DNA from: a virus
Taxonomy: Duplodnaviria > Caudoviricetes
Length of the DNA: 58,058 nt
Direction: 5' to 3' (one strand)
Virus record (IMG/VR): IMGVR_UViG_3300009169_000026
Location: 1 to 58,058 of that record
Part shown: piece by piece, positions 24,939 to 34,769 of the stretch
Layout of the letters: every line of letters starts with the position of its first letter
Position numbering within the stretch: position 1 is the stretch's first letter
Notes under the pieces: generated by a model
Told to the model about the DNA's origin: nothing
The model's input: only the letters and a program-made list of their open reading frames with translations
Database searches by the model: none
Program-made: the position numbers and the translations under genes

Positions 24939-25999
24939 TTCTTCCTACTAAACATTCCGGCTACTTTAGCCTTCAAGAGAAAGTTCTTACTATAAGGTAT
25001 AGCATGGTCAAGTATACCGATAAACTCACTTCTCGGCATCTCACCAACGTCCTTATATCCAGTAGGTAATGTAACAATGTTAACCGGAATATCATACTGG
25101 TGCAGTAACTCAGCGATTTTAAGGGTCTTTGTTTGAAACGCATCAGGATCAAGGGCGAGATTTACCTCTGTCCGGTTTTGCAATATCTTTAGAAACAGGC
25201 GGTAGTCCGTTGTCAGGTCAGAGCCAAGCAGACAAGTAGCGTTGGTGTTACACCTAACCAGATCAAATGGCCCTTCAACAATTGTTAGCGGTAGAGACCA
25301 GTCCAACATCAACTCGTTAAAGACAATGTCTTCCCTAGGGACGCTGGCGTTCACATACTTCGGAAACATACCATCTCGAACAGCTCTAGCCACGTAGTAG
25401 TTTAAGTCGCCATTCTCGTCATAGGACGGCATGATGACTCGATGTACTAGGCCAGGGTCTTCTACCGTTAACCCAAACTTCCAGTACGGCGTCCAAACCC
25501 TCCTTCTAAGCAAGGTGGGATGGGAAGCCATTTTTACTGGCGGGTCTCGAGGAATCCTCTTTCTGACGTACCTTATGCACTCGGTTCTGGCCTTAATCTC
25601 GTCTTCAGAGTAAAGGCTTTGGTCATCAACCACGAATAAAGGCCTAAACCCTGTTGGCAGCTTCAGCTTTGTATCAACTGGCGGCTTGCTTTCTTCGTCA
25701 TCTATGTCGTCATAGAGGTAGCCAGCCCCAACGAACGTTCCGAGATATTCAACGAGACGCTCTGTGTGGTTTCTCTTGAGAAGGTCAACTAAGTTCCTAG
25801 ACTTATACCCGCACACCCAGCAGTGGCACATGAAATTGTCAGTGCGAATTACCAGCTTCTTTTTAGAGTAGGTACCAGAATGGCCATCTCTGCAAGCAGG
25901 ACAAACGACGGAAATGTTTAGGCCTTGGTTGGATAGGGTGCCTGTTCCAAACACTGCCTCAATAAAGTCAACTGCTTGACCTTTGGTGTAAATCGGCAT
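24935..25999 (-). CDS. DNA primase-like protein
   Basis: CPAC..CHCWVC zinc finger, IVEGPFD and LALDPDA TOPRIM motifs, KDVGE. Confidence 0.88.
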   Translation of the reverse strand: MPIYTKGQAVDFIEAVFGTGTLSNQGLNISVVCPACRDGHSGTYSKKKLVIRTDNFMCHCWVCGYKSRNLVDLLKRNHTERLVEYLGTFVGAGYLYDDIDDEESKPPVDTKLKLPTGFRPLFVVDDQSLYSEDEIKARTECIRYVRKRIPRDPPVKMASHPTLLRRRVWTPYWKFGLTVEDPGLVHRVIMPSYDENGDLNYYVARAVRDGMFPKYVNASVPREDIVFNELMLDWSLPLTIVEGPFDLVRCNTNATCLLGSDLTTDYRLFLKILQNRTEVNLALDPDAFQTKTLKIAELLHQYDIPVNIVTLPTGYKDVGEMPRSEFIGILDHAIPYSKNFLLKAKVAGMFSRKK

Positions 26000-26022
26000 G
26001 AAGGCCCGTCTTTCTCTCTCTC

Positions 26023-26697
26023 TCAGCTCTTTTTGGTGGAACGGACCGTGCGGCCCTTGTTGCGTTCGCTAGACGGTGTATCCTTTAGAATTTCTATGAA
26101 GCCCGGACCATGCGAACCATAGGCAGTTGACTTAGACCAGACAAACCAAGCATATTCAATGCTATCAGTACCCTTGCCCGTAAAGGATGGTCGGTTTGGA
26201 AGAACTAGAATCTCTGGGGTATGAGACCGTAGCCAGGAGGAACGCTCCTGTGAGCCAAGAAAGTTAAGGCGAAGTAACATGCAGACGTGCTCCGGCGAGT
26301 ATTCAATGGCCCTCTTCGCAAACTCTAGTGCCTTGTTGAATGGCGGATTTGTAATGATGACATCAGGATCCTTATGCCCAAGGGCTGACGGCAGCATCGG
26401 AAGCGTGCTTGTAAAGTCGCAAGTCACTACTTTCTCTACGTTTGGTATTGCCAGAAGTTCTGGCTCAAACTTTGCCTGTATCTCGGTTGCGATAAACTTG
26501 GGCAAATCATTTACCTTCCAAGAGTTAACTGCCTTAATGATTGCCCCTGAACCGGCTGCTGGCTCAAACCAGAGATGTTCGGGCTCCACATAAACAAGAT
26601 TGGCATCAAGAAAACGATGTACACACCATTCCGGCGTGGGATAGAAGTCGAAGGGGTCTCTAGTTGCAGAATTTTTCTTTGTTTTCGACACGTTCAC
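26023..26697 (-). CDS. DNA amino-methyltransferase (N6-A/N4-C)
   Basis: DFYPTP, EPAAGSGAI, IITNPPF, YAWFVW; start uncertain. Confidence 0.88.
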   Translation of the reverse strand: MNVSKTKKNSATRDPFDFYPTPEWCVHRFLDANLVYVEPEHLWFEPAAGSGAIIKAVNSWKVNDLPKFIATEIQAKFEPELLAIPNVEKVVTCDFTSTLPMLPSALGHKDPDVIITNPPFNKALEFAKRAIEYSPEHVCMLLRLNFLGSQERSSWLRSHTPEILVLPNRPSFTGKGTDSIEYAWFVWSKSTAYGSHGPGFIEILKDTPSSERNKGRTVRSTKKS

Positions 26698-26702
26698 TAA
26701 CC

Positions 26703-27395
26703 TTAGACGCCCATCAACTGGCCGCCACGACAAATAACCCAAGAATCAGCCCGGTCCTCATTCACCTTATCATACACGACTTCACCTTTAAATTTGCCCG
26801 ACTTAGCCGTGTGTGTTATCCATGAAAAAGAAGGATTCCGATCCTTTACCGCCTCAAACACCTTGGTCTTGGTGTTTTTTGTCTTGTCCTTGTAATCAAT
26901 CTTGATTGAGAGCTTGGAACGTGCGGAACGGACATTGACCATCTTTGGAACTAGGCCCGTTAGTTGGTAAATCTTGTAGGATAGGATTCCATTGAATCTT
27001 CCAAGGGTCATGATGGTATCCGCAGATGAGAAGCCGGGAGAGAACTTCTTGGCTGCCTCCTCAATGAAGACCTTTCGTACCTTCCAGGTCTTGTCAAACC
27101 ACAGTACACGAAAGTTGTCTGCCTTGCTATACTCATTCTCAAAGTCTGATAGCTTCTGGTGATCGAGCAGAACCAGCTTGCCTGTCTTGACTTCAAGGAC
27201 GCAGATACCAACCACGGCAGTGGAAATGTCAAGACCTATATCAACCTCTAGCCCCGGAGCGGTGACCTCTTTTTGGCCGTCACCTTCTTCTTCTTCTTTT
27301 TTACTGGCAAGAGCCCGTGAACCTTCATCAGTGGAAAGATCATCTTCTCCGTCCAAAACTCGTAGCTTGTTTGTTGTTTTTGTACGCCGCACCAT
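26703..27395 (-). CDS. RuvC-like Holliday junction resolvase
   Basis: IGLDIST, VFIEE, DRADS. Confidence 0.8.
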   Translation of the reverse strand: MVRRTKTTNKLRVLDGEDDLSTDEGSRALASKKEEEEGDGQKEVTAPGLEVDIGLDISTAVVGICVLEVKTGKLVLLDHQKLSDFENEYSKADNFRVLWFDKTWKVRKVFIEEAAKKFSPGFSSADTIMTLGRFNGILSYKIYQLTGLVPKMVNVRSARSKLSIKIDYKDKTKNTKTKVFEAVKDRNPSFSWITHTAKSGKFKGEVVYDKVNEDRADSWVICRGGQLMGV

Positions 27396-27739
27396 TGTCT
27401 TGCTGCCTCTGCCTTTTTCTTGACAATCAGGTTATTCATCTGATTTTCACGTTTTACCTCGACCAACTTATGCTGACCATCTGCGTATGCGACCAGGAAG
27501 TCGGGGAAGTAGTTTCTTACCTTGCCAGATTTTGTATTTGACGTATACGGGATTCCGAAGGGCTCATAGGCATACTGCACCACCCGAGGGTCTGCGTCGA
27601 GCTGAAGGCAAATAACAAACTCCCAGCCAGACCTGTACTTTATGGGACTCTTACATTTTAAGGAAATGTGAATTCCTGTCTTGTATCTCGACCGACGGCG
27701 TCTCTTCCGTGGAGGTTTGCTTGTTTTTGTTGTGGTCAT
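27248..27739 (-). CDS. head completion nuclease (T4 gp4 / TnsA-N-like PD-(D/E)XK)
   Basis: YRSGWE, YEPFGIPY, YFPDFLV, VEVK. Confidence 0.85.
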   Translation of the reverse strand: MTTTKTSKPPRKRRRRSRYKTGIHISLKCKSPIKYRSGWEFVICLQLDADPRVVQYAYEPFGIPYTSNTKSGKVRNYFPDFLVAYADGQHKLVEVKRENQMNNLIVKKKAEAARQWCGVQKQQTSYEFWTEKMIFPLMKVHGLLPVKKKKKKVTAKKRSPLRG

Positions 27740-27765
27740 TCTGTAGAGTGCCTTATGAGATATTC

Positions 27766-27791
27766 AGTGGAACATTACCAATTAGAGAGAG
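27766..27791 (-). repeat. 26-bp dispersed repeat, copy 2
   Basis: reverse complement of 5396-5421. Confidence 0.85.
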
Positions 27792-27810
27792 GTAGGAGAT
27801 ATAGTTGAAA

Positions 27811-27816
27811 TACTTA
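27811..27816 (+). promoter_or_regulatory. putative late promoter TANTTA
   Basis: TACTTA 8 nt before ATG; similar hexamers before other late genes. Confidence 0.4.
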
Positions 27817-27824
27817 ACAGGAGT

Positions 27825-28547
27825 ATGAAGCTTTCAAGCCTAATGGTATATCTTTTTGAGGAATGTACTCCACCTACCCCTACAAAGGAACCTGCTCTTG
27901 AAGAGGGCCTTGAAGAGGTTGCTGCCTATCCTGAAGGATTTGACATAAAGACACTGAAGTCCCTTCCTAGCTTTGCTCAAAAGAAGAAGTATGTCATGAA
28001 GTACCTGCCCAAGCTTGGTGCTGGGTCAGCAAGAGTGGTCTTTGCAGCAGATCCCGGAATTGTTCTAAAGGTTGCCAAGAATGCCAAGGGTATTGCTCAG
28101 AACGAAGTCGAGTTTGACGTTTCGCAATATGCAGAGGAATATGGATTTGAGAATTTGATAGCCAGGGTCGTTGACTCCGACCCCGATAACATCTGGCTTG
28201 AATCTGAACGAGCCAGAAAGAGTACGGCTGAGGATTGGAGAAGAATATATGGTGTTCCGAAGAGAGACGCCATGATGCTCATCTACAAGACCACCTGGAC
28301 TCATGATCCGGCACGCCGAGAAGCGGAACTTGCCGATAAGTCTCCTGAGTTCAAAGAGATGATACAGGACATCAAAAACTTCGTAAGCGTGAACCGTATG
28401 GAAATTGGAGACCTGTCACGAACATCCTCCTGGGGTGTCGTCACTCGTGGTGGCAAGGATCACTTGGTGCTAGTAGACTACGGATACAGTACCGAAGTAC
28501 GCAACAAACACTACACCCCAAAGAATCTACCTCGCCAGTGGGGATGA
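27825..28547 (+). CDS. protein-kinase-like fold protein
   Basis: LGAGSARVV, VLKVA, QNEVE, GDLSRTSSWG, VLVDYG. Confidence 0.7.
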   Translation: MKLSSLMVYLFEECTPPTPTKEPALEEGLEEVAAYPEGFDIKTLKSLPSFAQKKKYVMKYLPKLGAGSARVVFAADPGIVLKVAKNAKGIAQNEVEFDVSQYAEEYGFENLIARVVDSDPDNIWLESERARKSTAEDWRRIYGVPKRDAMMLIYKTTWTHDPARREAELADKSPEFKEMIQDIKNFVSVNRMEIGDLSRTSSWGVVTRGGKDHLVLVDYGYSTEVRNKHYTPKNLPRQWG

Positions 28548-28552
28548 CCCGC

Positions 28553-30895
28553 TCAGAAGTCCATCTTGATTTTGAAGAGCAGCTTATCGCCGGATCTCTT
28601 TAGGATTGGCTGAGCAACTGCCGTTCTTGCGATAACGTTTAGGTTGTCGTCATGCAGGTTTACATGCGTGATGTAAACATACTTGCTGGTATCTGTGTTG
28701 TTTGCTAGGTCGGCATCAACCGCTCCAGACATGTAGGATGGATTGGACGAGGAGATGAGTTGCATTGGCCGAGCATAGGCATTTACGGTTAGCACATGAA
28801 TGTTCTGCATTCCCTTGAACGTTGCTGTGAAGGATGTCTCCCCGAAGAAATATAGCTGTGGAGATTTGATTAGAACAATCCCCTCGCTATAGAAAATGTT
28901 CCCAACGGAACTCCAGGTTGCGTGCGAGCCGTCTGCGTCTGCCCTGTAAAGATTCCCAAGCCCATCATCCTTTAGCTTGAACCCAAACTTTTCATCAGAG
29001 CCAGAGATGACAGCTTCCTCAAGTTCAAAGGTGCCTGGTTTAATTTGGTTACCATAGAAGAGGTTGGAGATATCGAACAGTACAACCTGGTTGGATGAAC
29101 CGTCCCGTGTTCGGTGATAGATAGCCAGAGAATCTCCAGGGATATCACCAACGCTCCCAGGGGCACTTCCACCGACAAGAGCACTTACAATTGAACCGGT
29201 CTCCTGGATAAGTGTATCGCTGGGGAAGGACTCGGTTATCATGTTTCTAAGGGAAATAACGCCCGGCTCATAGTTCCCAAGGTCATTTGTGAACGATGAC
29301 GTATTCAGGGTTGTCAGCAGGCCGAAGTTCGGAACAAACCTTCCGTTATCACATGGCAAAATGCTGTACAGTCTCTTTAGGTTTGAGCCGGTGTTGTACA
29401 GAATTGTGTTTGCACTAAGTGCTGTTGGGAATGTCGTATCTATTGTTGAGCCGGTTAGATTCCAAAGGCGAGCATATCTTCCTGTTGCAAAATCTCGCAC
29501 ATAGTTTTCGAGGTTGATATAGTGACCACCACACCCAAAGGCCATCTCCTTTGCAAATGGAGTATGTGTCGCCCCGTCCTTTCCGAAAAACGGTGTTACA
29601 GGAATTCCACCTGATGAGCCATAAAACTTCCTCTCAGGGGATTCGTGTGTAAAGAATGGAGGTAGGTAAAACAAAAGCCCGTTACCGGATGCGTTTGCCG
29701 GTCCAGTCTCCTCAAGCCTTGAAATGTCTGAGGTTGTCAGGTACTTTTCGTATAGCTTAAGCTCATGTATTTCGGCATTTAGTGGATGAGAAAAGTCAAA
29801 GGCGCTCGGAGCAAATCCGGTACCTCCATCCATTTCATATAACCCTTCACGCTCCGTAGTGTCGTTGGTGAAAAACTGCGTCAGGGCTGTAGCAATAGAG
29901 TTTTGACCCTCGTAGTAGTTGCCTACACACAGTACGGATGGATCTCCGAAACTCTGATCGCCAACATTCAGACTTGCACTGATGACGAACGTACCCCTCG
30001 GCACGCCATTAACAAGGAATGACCCAGACCCAAAGTTGTAGTTTGTCCCGCCCCACCTGATGGTAACGTGACTCCAGGCATTTATTGGAAGAGCATTGTC
30101 GTCCGAAAAGAACGTCAAATAATTGGTCTGGGTGACAATACTTGGTCGAATGTTTGCAGATGCGGAAAGCTGTAACCCGAGCCGAAACGCATCCGTCTTA
30201 CCCGTCATATCCTTAGAGGAGCCCGAGTGTAGAGTAAGCGCATACGCCCCTGTGAGGTGCAGAATGGTGCCAGCGTTGTACTCTGCGTCTATGGAGTCAA
30301 CGGTGTACTTAGGCTTCACCCAGAAGTCAAACGAGAAGGAGCCGGTAAACCCGTACTGCGTCAAGGAACTTACTGCGCTATTTCTGATGGGGTTTGGGTA
30401 CAACAACACACTTGCTGTGGAGACGTTGCTCGCAGTATAGAAGTTTAGGCAGTTGTAGTTGGTTACGTTAAAGTTTGCCCTTGGGTATATCGTTCTATAG
30501 AACGGCATCAAGGTATCTACAACGGCCGTCTTTCTCAGGCTGTTGGAGTTTAGGCTAAACGGTGGTGTGAAGCGAACAACCTGCTGCTGCTGCTGTTTGC
30601 GAACGCTCGCCTGTTGAGCTGTTACTGCGTCGAGGTAGGCAGACACAACATCGGTCGTGTTGGTGCTCCCTGTAGCTCGCAGAATGTCTCGTCGTAGCTC
30701 ATCCAGGTTTTGGTCAAGATAAAAGCTCGATGAGAAGGAGGATAGGGGGAATATCTCCTTCTCAATACTCGAGCGTCTAGCAAATACATTTACCGAGCCG
30801 GTAACGCCAGAAGAAGAACTTGAAAACGTCCTTGCAGGACTGGTCTCAAGTGTAAAGGTCTCCTGGTCCTCTGCTGTGATTTTCTGAATTGCCAT
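28553..30895 (-). CDS. virion structural protein with LamG-like domain
   Basis: FSFDFWVKP, WSHVTIRW, IHELKLY; C-terminal LHDDNLNVIA..QPILK..KIKMDF. Confidence 0.75.
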   Translation of the reverse strand: MAIQKITAEDQETFTLETSPARTFSSSSSGVTGSVNVFARRSSIEKEIFPLSSFSSSFYLDQNLDELRRDILRATGSTNTTDVVSAYLDAVTAQQASVRKQQQQQVVRFTPPFSLNSNSLRKTAVVDTLMPFYRTIYPRANFNVTNYNCLNFYTASNVSTASVLLYPNPIRNSAVSSLTQYGFTGSFSFDFWVKPKYTVDSIDAEYNAGTILHLTGAYALTLHSGSSKDMTGKTDAFRLGLQLSASANIRPSIVTQTNYLTFFSDDNALPINAWSHVTIRWGGTNYNFGSGSFLVNGVPRGTFVISASLNVGDQSFGDPSVLCVGNYYEGQNSIATALTQFFTNDTTEREGLYEMDGGTGFAPSAFDFSHPLNAEIHELKLYEKYLTTSDISRLEETGPANASGNGLLFYLPPFFTHESPERKFYGSSGGIPVTPFFGKDGATHTPFAKEMAFGCGGHYINLENYVRDFATGRYARLWNLTGSTIDTTFPTALSANTILYNTGSNLKRLYSILPCDNGRFVPNFGLLTTLNTSSFTNDLGNYEPGVISLRNMITESFPSDTLIQETGSIVSALVGGSAPGSVGDIPGDSLAIYHRTRDGSSNQVVLFDISNLFYGNQIKPGTFELEEAVISGSDEKFGFKLKDDGLGNLYRADADGSHATWSSVGNIFYSEGIVLIKSPQLYFFGETSFTATFKGMQNIHVLTVNAYARPMQLISSSNPSYMSGAVDADLANNTDTSKYVYITHVNLHDDNLNVIARTAVAQPILKRSGDKLLFKIKMDF

Positions 30896-30934
30896 TGTTG
30901 CATAGTCTAGTGACCGAAAAGGTAGAAACGTGAA

Positions 30935-32110
30935 TCAGTAGTCGAGTCTGATCTTTAGAGTCAAATCTCTTTCGTCATCCTTCAGGACAGGTCGTGATAG
31001 CTTGGCTACCCCGAGAAGGTTGTCGTATGCGTCATACAGGCCCACGCTCGTTACGAACGTAAACGTCCTTTGGGTTTCTTCCTGGCCCTCGTCGATGACG
31101 ACTATTCGGTTATTCCCGTCGATAAACGTTGGGTTTGATGAGTAGTTCGCCTCATCTGCCGCAATACGGCAGAAGTATAGGGTTGAGTTGATGTTCGTAA
31201 CGTTCTGGAAGGTGATAGAGGTCTGGGCCGATGCTGTAAATCTTGTTGAGCAAACGTGGTCCAGGAAGTCGTCTATGGATGCGCTAGTTGCCAAAGCCAT
31301 TATGGAGCCCGAGAAGTTTGGAGCAGTACCAGTAGCCGTGGCAGCACTCTCAATCGAGCCGGTAAGCTTTCTAGCTTGGTCAAGCGACCGTGACATGTCA
31401 AGTACCAATACTCCTCTGTCCAGGAACAGCAGGCCAAGAGGATTTCCAACGTCAGCCGAGTCTACGATGGTGGATACCTGTCCACCGAAAGTGAAGAACT
31501 TGTTTGTACTAGAGTTGATGTCCGTAAGGATAAGCGAGCCAGAGCCGTTCACCGACAAATTCTGGACTTTGTGAGTCGGCGTGGTTATCGCCTGTGCTCC
31601 AGTTGGTATGAGGCGAAGTGCAAACGTTTCTCTCTTTACCTGGTCCCTGGCGAACAGTCTCTTGAAGGAAATGAAGATGGCCTCACGAATCTCGTTCGAT
31701 GTAGAGCCAGACTGTGCTGTGAAGATTTCGTCCTGAGAACCCAGGAGCTGTTGGGCAAATAGTCTGTACACATCCATCTTCTCACGCATCATGAGAGAGG
31801 TGTTCGGGAAGATGTACTTTCCATTGGCATCAATGGTTGGTCCAATGTTCGTAACCGCCGACGAGCCAGTGTGAAAGCCAAACGTGATATCAAACACGGA
31901 GTTGGCAGTCTGAAGAGTGAAGTCCTGGTCAAAGACTGTCTGGAATAGGGATGAAGTTACCCCCGGCCCTACGCCACCAGTTACGAAAACTTGATACTGC
32001 TTCCTGGTAGCAGAGCTGGAAATGTCTGTACCCAGAACGTCAACTAACTGGTTGAGAAACGATTTGGAGGTCTTGATGTCCTCTCCTGAGAATTCCTTAA
32101 AAACTGCCAT
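30935..32110 (-). CDS. virion structural protein (baseplate/tail)
   Basis: NYSSNPTF, VGLYD..LLGVAKLSRPVLK..LKIRLDY. Confidence 0.75.
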   Translation of the reverse strand: MAVFKEFSGEDIKTSKSFLNQLVDVLGTDISSSATRKQYQVFVTGGVGPGVTSSLFQTVFDQDFTLQTANSVFDITFGFHTGSSAVTNIGPTIDANGKYIFPNTSLMMREKMDVYRLFAQQLLGSQDEIFTAQSGSTSNEIREAIFISFKRLFARDQVKRETFALRLIPTGAQAITTPTHKVQNLSVNGSGSLILTDINSSTNKFFTFGGQVSTIVDSADVGNPLGLLFLDRGVLVLDMSRSLDQARKLTGSIESAATATGTAPNFSGSIMALATSASIDDFLDHVCSTRFTASAQTSITFQNVTNINSTLYFCRIAADEANYSSNPTFIDGNNRIVVIDEGQEETQRTFTFVTSVGLYDAYDNLLGVAKLSRPVLKDDERDLTLKIRLDY

Positions 32111-32162
32111 GTTACATTATTCCTTGCTTTTGGGCTTCAATATCCAGACAGACTTATCTCAA

Positions 32163-32876
32163 TCACAGGGTAGAGGAAATTTGAACCTGGAATTCAAGCA
32201 CCGCACCAGACTGAACGCCTGAAATTCTCACGTATGTATTGATCTGACTCTTGTTGTAGGTCGCACCGTAAATCTGAAACTGACTGTCAGAGATTGCCTT
32301 GGTTGCGATTGTGAATGTGATTCTCGAGCCACCCAGGGAAGTCTCACCAGCATCTCTTGTGAGGATGTAGGTGGCCCTCTGCTGTCCATCTATGTTGTCA
32401 GCGGCACTTCCAATAACCTGTAGGAACTGGTTTGATAGCTCAACCACAAATGCCTGATCACGAAGCTCAACATCTATGCTTGCCTCGTTATCAATGCTTT
32501 GAAGCACGGTGATTGTGCGTCTCTTGGTTGTCGTATTGCCAATCGTGAGGATGTTCGTTGTCGAGTCCACGCCCTCACCGGTAAACGTGATATTTGGAAG
32601 ACGGATTAGGTTGGGATTTGAGATGGACACGCAGCGATATTTCTGCGCCAGAGCACCATTGGTAAGTGCCTCAAAGATCGGAGTATTCTTCTCGATCTTT
32701 TCCTTCCCAACGGTTCTACCAAACTTCTTAATGAGCGTGTAGTCAATCTCATCATCAGCTACGGCAAACTTCACCACCGAAAATGACCCATCATTTCTGG
32801 CAATGAACTGTCTACCGGTGTCGGTCAGAACAGCGTCCAGAATGATGTTATTCGTATCTCCTTGAAGGAATCCCAC
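32163..32876 (-). CDS. virion structural protein
   Basis: MGFL..ILDAVLTDTGR..KFAVADDEIDY. Confidence 0.75.
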   Translation of the reverse strand: MGFLQGDTNNIILDAVLTDTGRQFIARNDGSFSVVKFAVADDEIDYTLIKKFGRTVGKEKIEKNTPIFEALTNGALAQKYRCVSISNPNLIRLPNITFTGEGVDSTTNILTIGNTTTKRRTITVLQSIDNEASIDVELRDQAFVVELSNQFLQVIGSAADNIDGQQRATYILTRDAGETSLGGSRITFTIATKAISDSQFQIYGATYNKSQINTYVRISGVQSGAVLEFQVQISSTL

Positions 32877-32958
32877 TATGCACTCTCCTGTAGTAAACCC
32901 ATGTCGAAATATAAGTAGGCGTTACTGTAAAAAACAAAAACCAAGTGACCTGATGCCG

Positions 32959-34749
32959 CTAGGACTTTTTCATGCCGCTCCTGCGGTCAGATAGATGAAT
33001 AGCAACCGAGGACTGCTGCTGTAGATCAACGTTGAGGAGCTGCAAGGTGTACTTTGAACTCTCATCACTTCTGAGCAGGCGTAGGTCATTCTTGTCCCTG
33101 TCAACGATCTTTAGATACTCTGGGTTAAAGACCACTCGCAGCAGTTTAGAGCCTGAAGTGCGAATCGTATCAACAAATGCATCTCTTTGCAGATAGAAAT
33201 TTGGATATGGCTTTGGAGCACCGGCCAAGGATATCAGCGTCTTGTTCAGCTTGTTCTTGTACTTGTCAAAAGATATCTCAAACTGGATGGAGTAGTTGCT
33301 GGTAAACCCATGAGCGTCAACCGAGCAGACTGCATAGATCGCCTTCTCTTCTCTGTTGGTGTCATAGTCTATGTAGTAGTTTTTTGGGGAAGTCATCTTT
33401 TCAATAAGAACCGAATCGACATCCTCATTTGAGTGATTGGGCGTTAGGCTATCATTGAAGTCGAACATTCGGAGCAGGGTAAATGGCTCATCAATGGTCC
33501 TGCGCCGGAAAACCTGAAAGTATTTGATGTCCCTTTGAGGGTTTGGCGGGAACGCCCACAGCAGTCTAGGACGGTCCTTGTCAAAGTCCCAGTCTATTGC
33601 AAGGTCAGCAACCGATGGAGGAGGAATAGACTCGGTGCAGTCAATGATGACTTCCGGGCTGTTTTTGGATGCAACAAGAAACGTTATGGCAATAACGTTG
33701 TTTGTATCCTCATCCTCAGCAGACACCTCTACCAGAACGACGCTTCGTATTGAGTAACCATATCGTCCGCCGTATTTCACCTTAAGGTCGGCAGTGGACG
33801 ATGCCTGCGGTGATTCAACAACTATTGGTTCCCTGGTAATGGGTCCATTATCCGTATACTCTGTCTTGTCGATTATGTAACCCACCACCTGGACAGTTGA
33901 GTCGAACGCACTTGGATCAATGACACGATAGTCAACAATATCCATGATCTCAAAGCTGTACTCGTCTGCGGTGAGAGTTGAAGCCGTTTCCTGCGCTATT
34001 GCTCTCTGCTGGATGACCTCGGCCTGTGGCAGAATGGCCGCAGTCTCGGTATCGAAAATGTTAACCACATTTTCTTTTGTGGTCTTGAGCATTGTTGCCA
34101 AGAGCTTGTTATTTAGCTGCGTACGAGTTCTGATATTCTTGACTCTGCTCAGTACGGTCTGAGTTATCTGATCCTGAGACTGTTCATCAAGAAATTGTAC
34201 GCCATTCCTGTTTAGCCTTGTGAAGTTCTTTGCAAGGAAATCACCAGAGATGTTTTCCGTGGTGTTTCTGTGCAGGTATTTTGAAAGGTCAAGCGGAGAG
34301 CCCGTATACTCTTCCGAGTTGCCATCAAGATCGTCCTTTGCCTCCTCAATGGCCCGCCTTATGAAGTAGGAGATTCTATCGTCTTGTCCCTGATCCTGAA
34401 AAAACACGTTGGTGTAGTTGTCTGTGATGAAGGTCTCTTCGTTGTGGACTTTGGAGATATTAGACGCAATTGAAACACGCCTTGCCATGTCTGGTCGATT
34501 ACCGGCTGGGTTTGGACGCCACTCGAATCTAACGTATCTTGGCGTGAATCGGTTAAAGTTTCGAGAATCAAGGAACCCTGTGTCAAATCTCTCCGCCGCT
34601 CTTTTTTCAATGAAATCTGGCGGTGTGGTACCGGAGTCATTGAGTTCCTCGTCTACGGTAAAAAACTTGTACACGAACTTTGCCGAGAAGTTCTCGACCT
34701 CTGGTGCGTCAACAACCGCAACTCTTTTGGATGGAAGGCTTATTGTCAT
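32959..34749 (-). CDS. putative virion protein (Ig/FN3-like segments)
   Basis: YGYSIRSV, PPPSVADL, W.FP, YAVCSVDAHG. Confidence 0.7.
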   Translation of the reverse strand: MTISLPSKRVAVVDAPEVENFSAKFVYKFFTVDEELNDSGTTPPDFIEKRAAERFDTGFLDSRNFNRFTPRYVRFEWRPNPAGNRPDMARRVSIASNISKVHNEETFITDNYTNVFFQDQGQDDRISYFIRRAIEEAKDDLDGNSEEYTGSPLDLSKYLHRNTTENISGDFLAKNFTRLNRNGVQFLDEQSQDQITQTVLSRVKNIRTRTQLNNKLLATMLKTTKENVVNIFDTETAAILPQAEVIQQRAIAQETASTLTADEYSFEIMDIVDYRVIDPSAFDSTVQVVGYIIDKTEYTDNGPITREPIVVESPQASSTADLKVKYGGRYGYSIRSVVLVEVSAEDEDTNNVIAITFLVASKNSPEVIIDCTESIPPPSVADLAIDWDFDKDRPRLLWAFPPNPQRDIKYFQVFRRRTIDEPFTLLRMFDFNDSLTPNHSNEDVDSVLIEKMTSPKNYYIDYDTNREEKAIYAVCSVDAHGFTSNYSIQFEISFDKYKNKLNKTLISLAGAPKPYPNFYLQRDAFVDTIRTSGSKLLRVVFNPEYLKIVDRDKNDLRLLRSDESSKYTLQLLNVDLQQQSSVAIHLSDRRSGMKKS

Positions 34750-34769
34750 ATGGTTTTCTTCCTACGAGA

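Noticed and set aside
27248-27739. Tn7 TnsA transposon
   Set aside because: No TnsB/TnsC or transposon ends; motifs and context fit T4 gp4-type head completion nuclease
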